A stretch of 64,000 nucleotides of DNA from Malacoraja senta (lineage: Eukaryota), in NCBI GenBank assembly GCA_038087875.1, contig CM075995.1, forward strand, positions 7,566,001 through 7,630,000. Direction: 5' to 3'. This document shows, one piece after another, positions 26,015 to 39,126 of the stretch. Position 1 is the stretch's first letter, and every line of letters begins with the position of its first letter. The notes below the pieces were generated by a model. The model did not search any database. It had not been told where the DNA came from and saw only the letters and a list, made by a program, of their open reading frames with translations. The translations under genes were made by a program, and so were the position numbers.

Positions 26015-26280
26015 AGTGGCATGGAGTCCAAGACGACCGGAGACCCCTTTTCTGCTGCAGCTTCCATCTGCCTTCCCAGCCGTTGTGACGCTCCACTAAA
26101 GCCAGCTATCATCCTCTGCCTGTTCCACCGTTGAGGTCTTGGTTGGATTGCTCTTTGTCAGGGACCTCCCTCTCGACCGTACCGCCATGGGGGGCCCTAC
26201 CAGGAGCATAGCTCCAGACGGCATCGCTCTCAGGAACTCACAAGCTAATCCACCACGACAAGGTGACAATCCACGGAAAA
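26015..26280 (-). mobile_element. RTE (Expander/BovB-like) LINE 5' UTR fragment
   Basis: The minus strand begins TGTCACCTTGTCGTGGTGG...GGAGCTATGCTCCTGGTAGGG..CCCATGGC, which resembles recalled RTE 5' ends. Confidence 0.55.
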
Positions 26281-27764
26281 ACTCCTGATACTATCTTAAT
26301 CTTTATCCTTAACCTTGTCTTTTTCGATTAAATAATTGGAACATTTTAAGCTCATTAGTATAATCTAATTAGTCGTTGTTGAATCTAGTGTGCACAAGGC
26401 ACTGTGAAACCGATGGAATAGTGATGACATAATGGATTGTCATTAGCACATTATGCTTAACACGGTCCCCATATACTCATCAAATTTCCAGGATTTTTAC
26501 CTGTAAAGGTGACATTTAACAGCTGTTCCACAGCATATTGGAGATGGGCCCGAGAAGGTTTACGAGAATGATCCCAGGAATGATTGGGTTAACATATGAT
26601 GAGCGTTTGACGACACTGGGCCGGTATTCGCTGGAGTTTAGAAGGACGAGGAGGGACCTCATTGAAACTTACCGAGGATGTTTCCACTAGTGGGAGAGTC
26701 TCAGGCCCGAGGGCACAGCCTCCAAATAGAAGTTCAGTTTATTGTCATGTGTACTGAAGTACAGCGAAAAGTAAAAGGAAATGCCATTAAAAAGGAGATG
26801 AGGAGGAATTGTTTTTAGTCAAGATACAATACAATACAATACAATACCATTTATTGTCATTTGAACCTCAAATGAGGTTCAAACGAAATTTGGTTTCTGC
26901 AGTCATACAAACAAGTAAAAAGAACCAAGACACAACACAATTTACACAAACATCCATCACAGCGAATCTCCTCCTCGCTGTGATGGAAGGCAAAGTCTTA
27001 TCTCTCCCCTGCACTCCCCATTCTCCTCCCGATGTCAGAGTCAGAGCCCCCGGCGGGCGATGGAAAATAAGTCCCGCGGCCATTAAAGCCGCGCCGGGCG
27101 ATGCAAGGCCGCCCTCCGGGTCTGGATGTTGGAGCCCCCGGTAGCGCTAGCAAGTCCTGCAGCCATTAAAGCCGCGCCGGGCGATGTTAGACCCAGCTCC
27201 AGGTCATCTTCAACCCCGCAACTCGGGCGGGAGAAGTTGCCGTTGTGGGAGCCCCGAAACGGCAACTTGGTGGTGAATCTGAAATTGATCGCCACAGACG
27301 GCTGCAGAGGCCAGGTCATAGGGTATTTTAAAGGCAGAAATTAACAGTTTCTTGATTAGTACCAGTGCCAGGGCTTATGGGGAGTACCAGTACCAGTGCC
27401 AGGGCTTATGGGGAGTACCAGTACCAGTGCCAGGGCTTATGGGGAGAAGGCAGGAGAATGGGGTTGAGAGGGAGAGATAGATCAGCCATGATTGAATGGC
27501 AGAGTACACTCGATGGGCCGAATGGCCTAATTCTGCTCCTTTGACATGAACATATAAAGGTTTTATCAAAGGTCTCAAAAAACATCAGATTTTTAAAATA
27601 AATTGTTAATTTTTTGCTTATTTCTGACAGCGCATAGGAACAGGAATTGGACATTCAATCCCCTGAATTTGTCTCTACTATTTAGTCAGATTGTGACTTA
27701 AATCCATCTGTCAATCTAGGTTCCATTTTGAACGTTGCGTTTAGGATTTCTATGTACGTATTTA

Positions 27765-28055
27765 GTTTAGTTTAGAGATACAGCGCGGAAACAGGGTCTT
27801 CGGCCTACTGGGTCCGCGCCAACCAGCGATCCCAGCACACTGACACTCTCCTGCGCACACTAGGGATAATTTACATTTATACCGAGCTAATTAACCTACA
27901 AACCTGCACGTGTTTAGAGTGTGGGAGGAAACCGAAGATCTCGGAGAAAACCCACGCAGGTCACGGGGAGAACGTACAAACGAACAGACAGCAGCCGTAG
28001 TCGGCATCGAACCCGGGTGTCTGGTGCCATAAGGCAGCAACTCTACCGCTGCGCC
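27765..28055 (-). mobile_element. tRNA-derived V-domain SINE (HE1-like), representative of many copies
   Basis: tRNA-like head (GCAGCGGTAGAG...GGGTTCGAT), central GTTCTCCCCGTG..GGGTTTTCTCC domain and (TAAAC)n tail. Other copies at about 22520-22800, 25725-26010, 29460-29775, 31300-31520, 35168-35420, 38570-38875, 43275-43555 and 56945-57240. Confidence 0.85.
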
Positions 28056-28270
28056 TCCCACTGCATGTGTCAAATCCACTGACTTCTCCAAATGTACTGT
28101 GGGGGGGATTTTTAACATAACCTTAAAGCGTGTTTTGTTAATGTAATGAATGATTGATAAATACCAGGAATATCATGCAAAATGCTCTGACTTATTGTCC
28201 CTTGAACTTCAACAATTTCAAGCAGCAAGCTACCACATTTAGAATAATGTTTCAAAATGCTTCTTTTTAG

Positions 28271-28342
28271 GATGAAGTTGTCAAAGTTTCATCGAACAAC
28301 AAACTGGACCTGAATTTGCAAAAAGGTAGAGTCCAAGAAATG
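28271..28342 (+). CDS. MCUR1: MCUR1 coding exon, 72 nt (DEVVKVSSNNKLDLNLQKGRVQEM)
   Basis: TTTTTAG| and |GTGAGA boundaries. KLD.NL.K.RV motif. Confidence 0.92.
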
Positions 28343-30471
28343 GTGAGACATCTTCATAGTTACAGGCACCTTTTTGTTGCTTTATTAATGTGGAATTGAG
28401 TGATACAGTGTGGGAACAGGCCCTTCAGCCCAACTTCCCCGCACTGACCAACATGTCCCATCTACACCTGCCTGCGTCTGGCCCGTATCCCTCTAAACCT
28501 GTCCTATCCATGTACCTGTCTAAATAGATAGAGCTCTAGGGGCTAGTGGAATCAAGGGATATGGGGAGAAGGCAGGCACGGGTTATTGATTGGGGACGAT
28601 CAGCCATGATCACAATGAATGGTGGTGCTGGCTCAAAGGGTCAAATGGCCTCCTCCTGCGCCTATTTTCTATGTTTCTAGATGTTTCTTAAATGTTGTAA
28701 TAGTCCCTGCCTCAACTACCTCCTCTGCTTGTTCGTTTCATACACCCGCCACCCTTTCTTTGTGTGGTTTAAAAAAAAGTTACCCCTAAGGTTCCTATTA
28801 AATCCTCCCCCCCCCCTCACCTTAAGCCTATGTCCACTGGCTCTCGATTCCCCTACTCTGGGCAAGAGCCCCTACCTGATCCATTCCCCTCAATGATTTT
28901 GTACACTTCTATAAGATCACCCCTCATCCTCCTGCGCTCCAAGGAATAAAGTCTTAGCCTGCTCAACCTCTCCCTATAGCTCAGGCCCTCACGCCCTGGC
29001 AACGTCCTCGTGAATCTTCTTGACGTGGATTTTCCCCATGTGCTCGGTTTCCTCCCACACTCCAAAGACGTATAGGTTAATTGGCTCCGGTAAAAACTGT
29101 AGATTGTCCCTAGTGTGTGTAACATAGAAACATTGAAAATTGGTGCAGGAGTAGGCCATTTGGCCCTTCGAGCCTGCACCGCCATTCAATATGATCATGG
29201 CTGATCATCCAACTCAGTATCCTGTACCTGCCTTCTCTCCATACCCCCTGATCCCTTTAGCCACAAGGGCCACATCTAACTCCCTCTTAAATATAGCCAA
29301 TGAACTGGCCTCAACTACTTTCTGTGGCAGAGACTTCTGTATGCAAGTTTCAGCATTATCATAACACCTGCACAAACCCCAGGTCTGAAGAAGGGTAGCA
29401 ACCGGAAACACCGCCCATACATGTCCTCCAGAGATGCTGGTTGACCCCACCCCCCCAAGTTTAGTTTAGTTCAGAGATACAGCGAGGAAACGGGCCCCTT
29501 TCGGCCCACCGAGTCCGTGCCGACCAGCGATCCCCGCACATTAACACTATCCTGCACACACTAGGGACAATTGTTTACATTTACACCAAGCCAATTAACC
29601 TACAAACGTGCACGTCTTTGGAGTGTGGGAGGAAACCAAAGATCTCGGAGAAAACCCGCGCAGGTCACGGGGAGAACATACAAACTCCGTACAGACAGCA
29701 CCCGTAGTCGGGATTGAACCCAAGTCTCGGGCGCTGCACTCGCTGTAAGGCAGCAACTCTACCGCTGCGCCACCATGACTTAGGGTTTTTAACATTGTTA
29801 ACATCGAGAACCAGAGGACATGGGTTTAAGGTGAGGGGAGGGGGGAGATTTAATAGGAACCTGAGAGGTAACCTTTTCAGGCAAAGGATGGTGGGTGTAT
29901 GGAACGAGCTTCCAGAAGAGGTAGTTGAGGCAGGTACTATCGCAACTTTTGAGAACCATTTAGACAGGTACATGGATAGGACAGGATAAGAGGGATATGG
30001 GCCAAACGCAAGCAGGTGGGACTAGTGTAGCTGGGACATGTTGGTCGGTGTGGGTAAGTTGGGCTGAAGGGCCTGTTTCGTGCTGGATGACTCTATGACT
30101 ATGGTCTCTATGACAGTCTCTGGTTCTGATTGAAAGTAGTATCTGAAGCAACACTGCAGTGCAATTGAAGCTGTGAATATTAAGTATAAGGCTGTGAAAT
30201 GTTTAATATCTTTCCAAATCAAGTACCGCAAAATAATTTCAACCCTAGATTATCTAAACATCATGTCCCCTCACTTGGTGGAAAAGCATTCGCGTCCCGT
30301 AAGAACATTTTATAGCATTCTCCTTTAATGTATTAATGTGTATTTAGTGTAGCATTTGGGTTAATGCAATAGAACATTACTTCTGATCTTAAGCAGTGCT
30401 CCAATATAACCTTAATACGCAACTTGTGTTGTTTTTAGTATCACTTGTAACGCTTTTATCTGTCTCTACAG

Positions 30472-30525
30472 TTAACAGAGCATGAAAGGAGAGTGTTGGA
30501 TACCAGATCGGACATTGTGGAATTG
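30472..30525 (+). CDS. MCUR1: MCUR1 coding exon, 54 nt (LTEHERRVLDTRSDIVEL)
   Basis: CTCTACAG| and |GTGAGA boundaries, phase 0-0, in frame with both neighbours. Confidence 0.88.
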
Positions 30526-30912
30526 GTGAGAATATTGCTTTGAAACTTGCATTAATCTTCACAAATTTAAATTAGATATTGCCCAACCATCTCCCAATCA
30601 ATCACCCCCTTCCCTCCCTCACACCTGTATCCACCTATCAGTTTAGTTTTTTGTTAGTTTAGTTTAAAGATGCAGCGTGGAAACAGGCCCTTCGGCTCAC
30701 CAAGTCCATGCTGACCAGTGATCACCGCGCATTAACACTGGGGACAATTTTACATTCATACCAAGCCAGTGAACCTACAAACCTGCACGTCTTTGGGAGA
30801 CGTGGGAGGAAACCGAAGATCTCGGAGAAAACCCACGCAGGTTTAGAGGTACAGCGCGGAAACAGGCCCTTCGTCCCAACAGGTCCGCGCCAACCAGCGA
30901 TCCCAGCACATT

Positions 30913-31300
30913 AAGTCAAGTCAAGTCAATTTTATTTCTATAGCACATTTAAAAACAATTCTCGTTGACCAAAGTGCTTTACATTGGTGCAGGTACTAAC
31001 GTGCTACAAACAGTGGTACATAGATCAACAATACATACATAGACACATACATACAGCGCTCCCTCAGAGGACCTCAAGAAAGGCTTGAGAGTAGAAATAA
31101 GTTTTAAGTCTAGACTTAAAGAGTCAATGGAGGGGGCAGTTCTGATGGGAAGAGGGACGCTGTCCCATAGTATAGGAGCTGCAACCGCAAAAGCGCGGTC
31201 GCCCCTGAGCTTATGCCTAGACCGCGGGATAGTCAGTAACCCCAAGTCGGCTGATCTGAGGGGCCTGGAGGTGGTGTGGTGGGTAAGCAGCTTTTTGATG
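30913..31300 (-). mobile_element. L2 LINE 3' fragment
   Basis: Same family as 40090-41210 (GDRAFAVAAP, (GACTT)n tail). Confidence 0.8.
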
Positions 31301-31681
31301 TTAACACTATCCTACACCCACTAGGGACAGTTTGTACATTTACCAAGCCAATTAACCGACAAACCTGCACGTCTTTGGAGTGTGGGAGGAAACCGGAAGA
31401 TCTCGGAGAAAACCCACGCAGGTCACGGGGAGAAGGTATAAACTCCGTACAGACAGCACCCGTAGTCAGCATTGAACCCGGGTCTGTGGCGCTGTGAGGC
31501 AGCGACTCTACCGCTGCGCCACCTTGCTGCCCATTGCAATGCTACCGTGCTGCCCACTCTCCTAATCTGTCCAAATCCCTCAAGGATCGCGAGACTTATT
31601 TGGTGCGAGCTTTTGATCATTTATAAACCTGTTGATGTCGCCGCCGGGAGCTTTGATGTGTGGGCTCGTTCAATTTTGCAG

Positions 31682-31796
31682 AATTCGCTGCAAGGGCGGG
31701 CTGTCACGCAGGCGAACCAAAAGATCGACACCGAAGTGGCCGGGCTCAAAACTCTGTTGGAATCACACAAACTCGACACCATTAAATATTTAGCAG
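31682..31796 (+). CDS. MCUR1: MCUR1 coding exon, 115 nt (NSLQGRAVTQANQKIDTEVAGLKTLLESHKLDTIKYLAG)
   Basis: TTTGCAG| and G|GTACGG boundaries. Highly conserved KI.TEVAGLKT.LESHKLD.IKYLAG. Confidence 0.95.
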
Positions 31797-33911
31797 GTAC
31801 GGATCAGGTTTTCAGACCAGCCACTGCACCAGAGTGACACTCATCATCGGCGTCACTGATATCCAGTGTACTGGCAATGATGATACCTCTTCCTTCTGTA
31901 ACCTTGCAGCGATGTAACGCCGAGGCTCTATAAGGCCCTGGTCAGGCCACATTTGGAGTATTGTGAGCAATTTTGGGCCCCATATCTGAGGAAGGACTGG
32001 TGCTGGCTCTGGAGAGGGTCCAGAGGAGGTTTACGAGAATTGATCCCAGGAATGAGTGGGTTAACGTATGATGAGCGTTTGACGGCACTGGGCCTGTGCT
32101 CGCTGGAGTTTAGAAGGGTGAGGGGAGGACCTCATTGAAACAGAATAGTGAAAGTGCCCAGAGAGAGTGTATGTGGAGAGGATGTGGAGTGGGGGAGTCT
32201 AGGACCAGAGGTCATAGTCTCGGAATTAAAAAAGACATTCCTTTAGAAAGGAGATGAGGACTTTCTTTAGAGGGTGGTGAATGTGGAATTCATTGCCACA
32301 GATGGCTGTGGAGGCCAAGTCAATTAATATTTTGAAGGCAGAGCGAGAGATTCTTCATTAGCCATGTGTCGGGGATGATGGGAAGAAGGCCGGAGAATGG
32401 GGTCAAGAGGGACAGATAGATCTGCCATGATTGAATGGTGGCGTAGACCTATGGGCCGAATGGCCTAATTCTACTCTTATCACTTATGAACTTCACTATT
32501 TTCTACCACAGCATGCTCTTCCATCATTGCCTGTTTGCCTGCTCAACCTCTCCCTATAGCTCATGCCCTCGTGTCCTGCCAACATCCTCATAAATCTTCT
32601 CTGCACTCTTTCCAGCTAAACAACATCTTTGTGCCCCTCTTTGCCCCCCCCCCCCATGTACAGGTTTGTAGGTTGATTGGCATGGTATAAGTGTAAATTG
32701 TCAATAGACAATAGGTGCAGGAGTAGGCCATTCGGCTCTTCGAGCCAGCACCGCCATTCAATGTGATCATGGCTGATCATCCCCAATCAGTACCCCGTTC
32801 CTGCCTTCTCCCCATATCGCCTGACCCCGCTATCTTTAAGAGCCCTATCTAGCTCTCTCTTGAAAGCATCCAGAGAACCGGCCTCCACCGCCCTCTGAGG
32901 CAGAGAATTCCACAGACTCACCACTCTCTGTGAGAAAAAGTGTTTCCTCGTCTCCGTTCTAAATGGCTTGCCCCTTATTCTTAAACTGTGGCCCCTGGTT
33001 CTGGACTCCCCCAACATCGGGAACATGGTTCCTGCCTCTAGCGTGTCCAAGCCCTTAATAATCCTATATGTTTCAATGATGTTATCCCACCTTTGCAATT
33101 TAAAGACGGCCAATTAACTTACAGACCTGTACGTCCTTGGGATATGGGAGGAAATCGGAGCATCCGGAGGAAATTCCCGTAGTCAGGATCGAACCCGTGT
33201 CCCTGGCACAGTGAGGCAGCAATTCTACCGCTACTCCACCGTGCCAACCAGCGATCACCCCGTACACTAGCACTATCCTACACGTTGTGGGGCAATTTAC
33301 AATTCTACTGAAGCCAATTAACCTACAAACCTGTACGTCCTTGGAGTGTGGGAGGAGACCGGAGCCCCCGGAGGAAACCCACACGGTCGCAGGGAGAATG
33401 TACAAACGTACGCAGGCAGCTCTACCATGGGCAGGATCAAACCTGGGTCTCCAGCTGACGCAGCAGCTCTACCAGCTACAGTTAGTTTTGTTTATTGTCA
33501 CGTGTACCAAGGTACAGGGAAAAGCTTTTAGTTGCGTGCTATCCAATCAGCGGAAAGACAATATATGATTACAATCGAGCCATTTACAGATACATGATAA
33601 GGGAATAACGTGTAGTGCAAGGTAAAGCCGGCAAAGTCCGATCAAGGATAGTCCGAAGGTCACCAATGAGGTGGATAGTAGTTCAGGACTGCCCTCTGTT
33701 TGTGGTAGGATGGTTCAGTTGCCTGATAACCGCCCCACCCTAAATGAGGAGACTGATTTTTGCTGTGTAAAGTGTCCGACCGACATTGCTTCCCTAGTGA
33801 TCAATTAGAATTAAGTGCAGGGTGAGAAAACAATTTTTTAGATAGCTATTAAAAAGTGACATTGTTTTGCTTGTAACATTGGTCTTTATTTCAACGGCTG
33901 TTTCCCTGCAG

Positions 33912-33967
33912 GTTCGGTTTTCACCTGCCTCACCATCGTGCTTGGATTTTATCGCCTCTGGGTATGA
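33912..33967 (+). CDS. MCUR1: MCUR1 last coding exon, C-terminal transmembrane anchor (GSVFTCLTIVLGFYRLWV*)
   Basis: CCCTGCAG| acceptor and TGA stop at 33965-33967. Identity as MCUR1 rather than CCDC90B rests on same-strand adjacency to RANBP9, as recalled for mammals. Confidence 0.93.
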
Positions 33968-34304
33968 TATTTAATTCCACGTTAGATCTTCACTCGATGA
34001 GGATCAGCAGCAACATCCTTCTGATTTTTTTTGTGAGCAGGAGGAACGATTTTTTGACGTGTTTTACATGCTGCAAGGAACCAAGAAATTAACCAGTTGA
34101 TTTATTTTTTTTAAATTGTGAATCCATTATTTTTAAAGAATATTTCGAGCTTACTTTGCACAATACATTTGACTACTGTAATGTAAACCGAGGGTTGTGC
34201 CTGAAAATGGTGTGTTGGTTTAAAATTGATTTGCTTGATTTAAACCACAAATACGTGTTAATTTAAAAAATGTTGTCCAGTTGCACTGAGCAGTGACAGA
34301 TGAA

Positions 34305-34310
34305 ATTAAA
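34305..34310 (+). terminator. Possible MCUR1 polyadenylation signal (ATTAAA)
   Basis: ATTAAA about 340 nt after the stop in an AT-rich unique stretch, with GT-rich sequence downstream. Confidence 0.4.
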
Positions 34311-37300
34311 AAGGTATTCATATTTTCAAAAGTGGTGTCTGCTGTCATGCTACTAGTGTGCCTATTATGCAGTGCCTGTATTAGTCAGCATCGGCAGTTC
34401 TTTGTTTCTGCATGTTACACAGAAACATAGAAAATAGGTGCAGGAGGGGGCCATTCGGCCCTTCGAGCCAGCACCACCATTCATTGTGATCATGGCTGAT
34501 CATCCCCAATCAATAACCCGTGCCTGCCTTCTCCCCATATCCCATGATTCCACTAGTCCCCTAGAGCTCTATCTAACTCTCTCTTAAATCCATCCAGTGA
34601 TTTGGCCTCCACTGCCCTCTGTGGCAGGGAATTCCACAAATTCACAACTCTCTGGGTGAAAAACGTTTTTGTTGCAGGTACTCCACTGATTTTCCAGCAG
34701 CTGGGGGGTGTCAGCCCTCCTTTAATCTGGATAAAATCTCTCCCCCCCCCCCCCCCAAATTACACCCCCCCCCCTCCTTCCGCCGTCGGAAGTCCCTCCG
34801 AAAATGTGGGATCCGAGCGAAATGGGCCATTCTCAACCTCGTCGGGTCTTCCGTGCTATTCGGTTCCGGAAATCCAGCCAGGCCAAAGGAGCCTGCAGAT
34901 CCGTTACCCTAGCTGACTTTGCGGGCCGGTATCTCTCTCCCCCCCCCCCCCCCCCCAAGGCTGTGGCCTCTGTTGGTCCGGCAAAAAATACGGCAAAGCT
35001 CTGTAAACCAGACAATCGTGGTGGTGTTTCTGAAATACAAGCATGAAACACAAGAGCTGCCAACACCAACAGTTGCAGACTTGCAACATGGAGATAACCT
35101 TGAGGTCCACAACCACAAAAATCAAGGCGACTTAAGAATCCCATAGTCTTTTTGATGCATCTTGACGGGGCGGCACAGCGGTAGAGTCGCTGCCTCACAG
35201 CGCCAGAGACCCGGGTTTGATCCTGACTACGGGCGCTGTCTGTACTGTGTTTGTACTTTCTCCCCGTGACCTACGTGGGTTTTCCCTGGGTGCTCCAGTT
35301 TCCTCGCACACTCCAAAGATTGGCACTAGTGTGTGCAGGATAGCGTTGGTGTTCGGGGTGGTCGCTGGTCGGCGCGGACTCGGTGAGCCGAAGGGCCTGT
35401 TTCCGCGCTGCATCCCTAAAGACCTGTTTCTGATATTTATGGTGCACGTCATGAGTACTTGAACTGGATGCTGCTAACCAGCTGGGATTAGACCCCTAAG
35501 TGATTAATGAATCATCCTATGATTTGTTCACTGCTGGTGGTTATGGTATTGAGAATCAAACAAGAAATGGACATAGCGTGGATTTGGATGCCAGTACTGT
35601 GGTTTCATAAAATCTGTTGTGCAGGTTTAATACCAAAGGTTAAGCAATGTTTACATGATATACTAGAACATTAACTAACGGCCATACTGTGTGTTGAGCT
35701 TAAAGCTCTATTGCAGACCAAACAGCTTTTCCTTGAAGATACTTCCACTTGTTTTTCAACTTTTTAAAGGCATTTGTATTTTAATTTATCCGCCAATATA
35801 TGAGATTTTTTTTATTTCTGTGATAATTAAACCTAAGAATTGTAAAGTTCAAAAGTGATAGGAGCAGAATTAGGCCATTCGGCCCATCGGGTCTACTCCG
35901 CCATTCAATCATGGCTGATCTATCTCTCCCTGCTAACTCCATTCTCCTGCCTTCTCCCCGTAACCCCTGACACCCGCACTAATCAAGAATCTATCCATCT
36001 CTGCTTTAAAAATATCCATTGACTTGGCCTCCGCAGCCTTCAGTGGCAATGAATTCCACAGATTCACCACCCTCTGACTAAGGCATTTCCATTATCTTCC
36101 TGAACAAAGTGCTGGAGTGACTTAGCGGGCCAGGCAGCGTCTCTGGAGAACCTGGACAGGGACCCTTTTCTGTCGCCTATCTGTCAACTCGGTGGGACAG
36201 ACAGCATCTGTGGGGGGACAGAGGGTAATGGACTGAGAGTGTAGAGGGGACGTACTGGTTGGCGGTGTCTCTTCACGCACAACTGGAAACCAATTTTGTC
36301 ATTAATTCTGTGAGCAAAATGAGACATCAAGTTTACTTTGCCATTCAATCATGGCTGATCTATCCCCCTCACCCCAATCTCCTGCCCTCTCCCCATAACC
36401 TCTGACACCCGTACTAATCAAGAATCTGTCAAAGGTAGACAAAAATGCTGGAGAAACTCAGCCGGGGAGCCTCACCCGCTGAGTTTCTCCAGCATTTTTG
36501 TCTACCTTCGATTTTTCCAGCATCTGCAGTTCTTTCTTAAACAAGAATCTGTCAAATCACTCTGACTAAAGAAATTCCTCCGTCTCCTTTCTAAAGGAAT
36601 GTCCTTTTATTCGGAGGCTATGGCCTCTGGTCCTAGACTCTCCCACCAGTGGAAGCATCCTCTCCACATCCACTCTCTCCAGGCCTTTCACTATTTGGTA
36701 ATATCAATGATGTCCCCCCCCACCCCCATCCTTCTAAACTCCAGCGAACACTGGCCAATGCCGTCAAGCGCTCATTATATGTAGGTTTGGGACTACAGAG
36801 ATACACAAGGTTCAAGAAAATCGAACCTCTTCAACACATGCGGTCTGCTGCACCTCACCCAGAATGCACAGATGAGGCAAGAACAGGCATTTTATTCTCC
36901 AATTAATAGTTACTGTTCTATATAATGTCATTCCTAATCTCATTCCTTATATGTTTTTACATACTTGGCTGATAAATTAATTAAAATTACGTGTTTTATC
37001 TCTGGTCACCGATGGAAGTGAAGTATCTGCCATTTTATTCAATTCAACTTTAATGTCATTGCACAAATACTGAGTATGGGTACAACGAAATGCAGTTTTG
37101 CGTCAGTCCGTAGTAGTAGTGCAATATAGAAATTTAAAAAAAAGAGGATACAGAATAATCAAAAATACAGAATAATTAACAATGGGGACGGAGGGACCAG
37201 AGGAATCTATCGGCGGGGACTCCGAGTTCAGGCCGATAGATTCCTCATCAAAGCTCCCAGCGGCGACATCAAAAGGTTTATAAATGATCAAAAGCTCGCA

Positions 37301-39126
37301 CCAAATAAGTCTAGCGATCCATGAGGGATATTGTCACTGCCTGTGATTTTTGTTTATACATATATATATAAAATGACACTTGTAATGTTTGTAGGATCAA
37401 CTATTATCAATAATAAAGTGCTTTAACCGTCTACAGTTTTTGCAGCCTTGAATTACTCTGGGTTTTTATGGTGGGGGTGTGGGGGGGTGTGGGGGGGGAA
37501 AGCCAGCAGGGTTGAGCAGCGGTGGAGTTGCTGCCTCACAGTGCCAGATACATAGCCCTCATGGCTTACTAATGTTTTAATTGTGGCCGCCAGTTGGGGA
37601 GGATTATTTAGTTGAATCTTTTCTTTTACTCTTTGGTATTTTAAATACGTTCATTTTAAGATTAAAGTTAAAATAATAAAAGACGAACAAAAACATATTA
37701 ATAAAAATAAAAGGATTTGTTCTACAAAATTTGGATTCATTCAAAAGGCCGCACTTAATGGCCTAGAAGGCCGCATGTGGCCTTAAGGCCGCAGGTTCCC
37801 CACCCCTGGTTTAGCGCAAGGTAGATGTGTAGGAAGGAACTGCAGATGCTGGTTTAAACCAAAGATGGACATAAAAAGCTGGAGTATAGAAACATAGAAA
37901 ATAGGTGCAGGAGGAGGCCATTCGGCCCTTCGAGCCAGCACCGCCATTCATTGCGATCATGGCTGATCGTCCCCAATCAGTACCCCGTTCCTGCCTTCTC
38001 CCCATATCCCCTGTCTCCGCTATCTTTAAGAGCCCTATCTAGCTCTCTCTTGAAAGCATCCAGAGAACCTGCCTCCACCGCCCTCTGAGGCAGAGAATTC
38101 CACAGACTCACAACTCTCTGTGAGAAAAAGTGTTTCCTCGTCTCCGTTCTAAATGGTTTACCCCTTATTCTTAAACTGTGGCCCCTGGTTCTGGACTCCC
38201 CCAACATCGGGAACATGTTTCCTGCCTCTAGCGTGTCCAAGCCCTTAATAATCCTATATGTTTCAATAATGTTATCCCACCTTTGCAATTTAAAGACGGC
38301 CAATTAACTTACAGACCTGTACATCCTTGGGATATGGGAGGAATTCGGAGCACCCGGAGGAAATTCCCATAGTCAGGACCGAACCCGTGTCCCTGGCGCA
38401 GTGAGGAGGCAATTCTACCGCTACTCCACCGTGCCAACCAGCGATCTCCCCGTACACTAGCACTATCCTACACGTTGCCTGCCTTCTCCCCATATCCCTT
38501 GATTCCACTAGCCCTGAGAGCTCTATCTAGTAACTCAGTGAGACAATTTATTTTAGTAGCTTAGTTTATTTAGTTTAGCTTAGAGATACAGCGCGGAAAC
38601 AGGCACTAAGGCGCACCGGGTCCGCGCCGACCAGCGATTTCCCCGCACATTTATACCCACTAGGGACAATTGTTTAAAAACATTTACCAAGCCAATTAAC
38701 CTACAAACCTGTAAGTCTTTGGAGTGTGGGAGGAAACTGAAGATCTCGGAGAAAACCCACGCGGTCACAGGGAGAACTTACAAACTCCGTACAGACAGCA
38801 CCCGTGGTCGGGATCGAACCCAAGTCTCGGGCGCTGCACTCGCTGTAAGGCAGCAACTCTACCGCTGCGCCATCGTGACTTAGGGTTTTTACTCCTACAT
38901 GTCGGCGAAACCAAACGCAGACTGGGCAATCGTTTCACAGAATACTTACGCTCAGTCCACCTTGGCCTACGCGATCACCCGGTTGCCAAACACTGTAACT
39001 CGTTCCCATTCCCATTCTGTTATCATCCTCCCACAATTAGAGAGCAGTCCTGAACTACTATCTACCTCATTGGTGACCCTCGGACTATCTTTGATCGGAC
39101 TTTACTGGCTTTACCTTGCACTAAAC

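Noticed and set aside
27359..27445. Three tandem copies of about 31 bp (GTACCAGTGCCAGGGCTTATGGGGA)
   Set aside because: Local slippage inside a CR1 3' fragment, with no sign of function.
33912..33967. Calling the gene CCDC90B
   Set aside because: The exon pattern fits both paralogues, but [24 protein letters not shown] and adjacency to RANBP9 favour MCUR1.
34670..35160. Possible DNA-transposon remnant with short ORFs
   Set aside because: I could not identify matching termini, a TSD or protein similarity.
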